NCBI GenBank assembly: GCA_051942245.1
Contig: JAVECL010000052.1
Span: 52,406 to 72,405, forward strand
Reading direction: 5' to 3'
Length of the DNA: 20,000 bases
Origin: Trypethelium eluteriae
Taxonomy: Eukaryota
Below, one piece after another: positions 18,435 through 20,000 of this stretch; position 1 is the first letter of the stretch; each line of letters opens with the position of its first letter. The notes beneath the pieces were generated by a model, which had not been told where the DNA came from, did not search any database, and was given only the letters and a program-made list of their open reading frames with translations. The translations under genes and the position numbers were made by a program.

Positions 18435-20000
18435 ATGTCTCCCCGCCGATCCAGTCGCCCTCGCACCACGCAGCCACCACCCAGCGCCCCCTCTCACAGC
18501 AATTCCACTTCCTCGGTCTCCTCCGCGCGCGCCGAACGATCCACGCGGTTCCATAACAAGCAATCTTCTCCTCAAAAATCTGCAACACCTCAGTCGCTGT
18601 CGTCCGAAGATGCTGATGACCCCGCTCACGCGCCGGACGCAGCACCCCGGCGCAGCAAGCGCGGTCAGACCAACGACGATGATCGCAATGAAGAAACTGC
18701 CGCCAAACTTGAAGATGAGCTTGAAGATGAGGTCGACGAGGAAGAAGAAGAGATTACAAGATGCGTGTGCGGAAATCAGGAGTACCCCGGGCCACCGGTG
18801 GAGCTGGGGAAGAGCCACACCGCGGCTGCGACAAGCACAGACCTACAGAACGACGAGGCGGGAAGTTTGTTCATTCAGTGCGATATCTGTAAGGTCTGGC
18901 AGCATGGTGGATGTGTAGGCATCATGGACGAGGCCATGAGCCCGGACGAGTACTTTTGTGAAGAATGCAGGAAAGACTTCCACAAGCTCATGACGGGCCA
19001 GGGAGGGTGAGTCAATCAACATTCCGTTCGAAACTTCAATTGCGAAATTTTTGTGGTCTTTGTGGGGCGAGGTCTATCCACCTTCTGCTTCTGGATTCTC
19101 GCGGTTGGTGCGATCGTCCATGCGTCTACTTGGGGACGTCCCATGCTTCATGAAGATTCAGTCTTGTCTTCAACCTTATTGACGCTTTTCAACTCATGGT
19201 TGAACGAACTTGCTGACAATGGCATCCATCTTTAGTCAGAAATATTCTCGCTACCTACCAGTCCTTGACCCACCCCCAGCAAAGCCTACGAGAAAGTCTT
19301 CTTTTCCGAAAGAGCCAGACCGTGGGACAAAAAATAGTGACAAGAAGAAAGCCAATGCGGATGCGGTTACAAAGCGTCGATCAACGATGAATAGCCGAGG
19401 TGCATACGACGAAGCAGAAGTCTTGCGCATGGTCATTGAAGAAAGTAAGGGTGAAAATCGCACGCGTGGCGCCGAAAATGGCAACAGGAAGGGAAAGAGG
19501 AATCGAGATGACAGTAGTGACGAGTAGGTCACCCACAACTGCTCTTCACACAGGCACGAGAGCGTTTCGGATGAGCGACTAGGTTGCTAATGGCATGGGA
19601 TAGTATTAAGCAAGAAAGAAAACGACAACGTACTGGGTCCGATACCCCAGAGCTGGCCTCTCATACAAATACAGCCTCTCTTACTGCCGAATCAGAGGAA
19701 GAACAATCGTCAACGAAAGCCAGTGCAAGCAAGAAGGCAAAGAGCGCTGCTGCAAGGAATCAAAGAGAAAAGGAGCTCAAGGACAAGGAGAAGGAACGCG
19801 AGCGCGAACGAGCCGAACAAGCCAGTAAACGGAGCGCAAGAGCTGGAAGGCGTCGTGCAGATGGTAAGATATCCCAAGCTGCCCCACCAAAAGCGCCATC
19901 GAATTAACGCGGCATCAGTTTCCGAATCACCCGACACCGCTACCAGCGGAGCGAAGCCCGCCGACGACAAATCCTCCTCCAAACCCGACGCCCCTAACTC
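18435..20000 (+). CDS. CTI6: PHD-finger histone deacetylase (Rpd3L) complex subunit Cti6, 3'-partial. Exons 18435-19006, 19236-19523, 19604-19863, 19919->20000
   Basis: Start MSPRRSSR, an acidic run, then the PHD finger ITRCVCG...FIQCDICKVWQHGGCVGI..PDEYFCEEC, then QKYSRYLPV and KRRSTMNSR..YDEAEVLRMVIEESK, as recalled for fungal Cti6. Introns 19007-19235, 19524-19603 and 19864-19918 have GT/branch/AG signals and keep the frame. Confidence 0.85.

Noticed and set aside
18435..20000. PHD protein as Bye1 or Set3
   Set aside because: No TFIIS-M, SPOC or SET domain follows the PHD within the window, and the SRYLPV and RRSTMNSR..EESK segments fit Cti6 better.

Overview
Fungal (filamentous ascomycete-type) genomic DNA with GT-AG introns and CTRAY branch points, carrying three genes. 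(1) The 3' 11.65 kb of a giant + strand NRPS, open at the window's 5' edge, with one 57-nt intron. Its visible architecture is ...E-C-A-T-C-A(dead remnant)-T-E-C-T-C(T)-T(no Ser), and the E-C-T-C-T end resembles the Pes1/HcpA/NPS4 family that includes cyclic-peptide synthetases. Only one intact A domain is visible for three Ser-bearing carrier domains. The A domain of the next module has lost about 300 aa and its catalytic Lys and Asp, and the last module has no A at all, which implies non-linear or iterative loading. (2) A complete six-exon, 504-aa cytochrome P450 (CYP65/TRI11-like) on the - strand, tail-to-tail with the NRPS, a candidate tailoring enzyme. (3) After about 3.8 kb of intergenic DNA containing a 21-bp CCG-rich tandem repeat, the 5' part of a PHD-finger Rpd3L subunit gene (CTI6), a housekeeping gene that probably marks the cluster border. 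All family assignments come from motif reading and recall; no database search was run.
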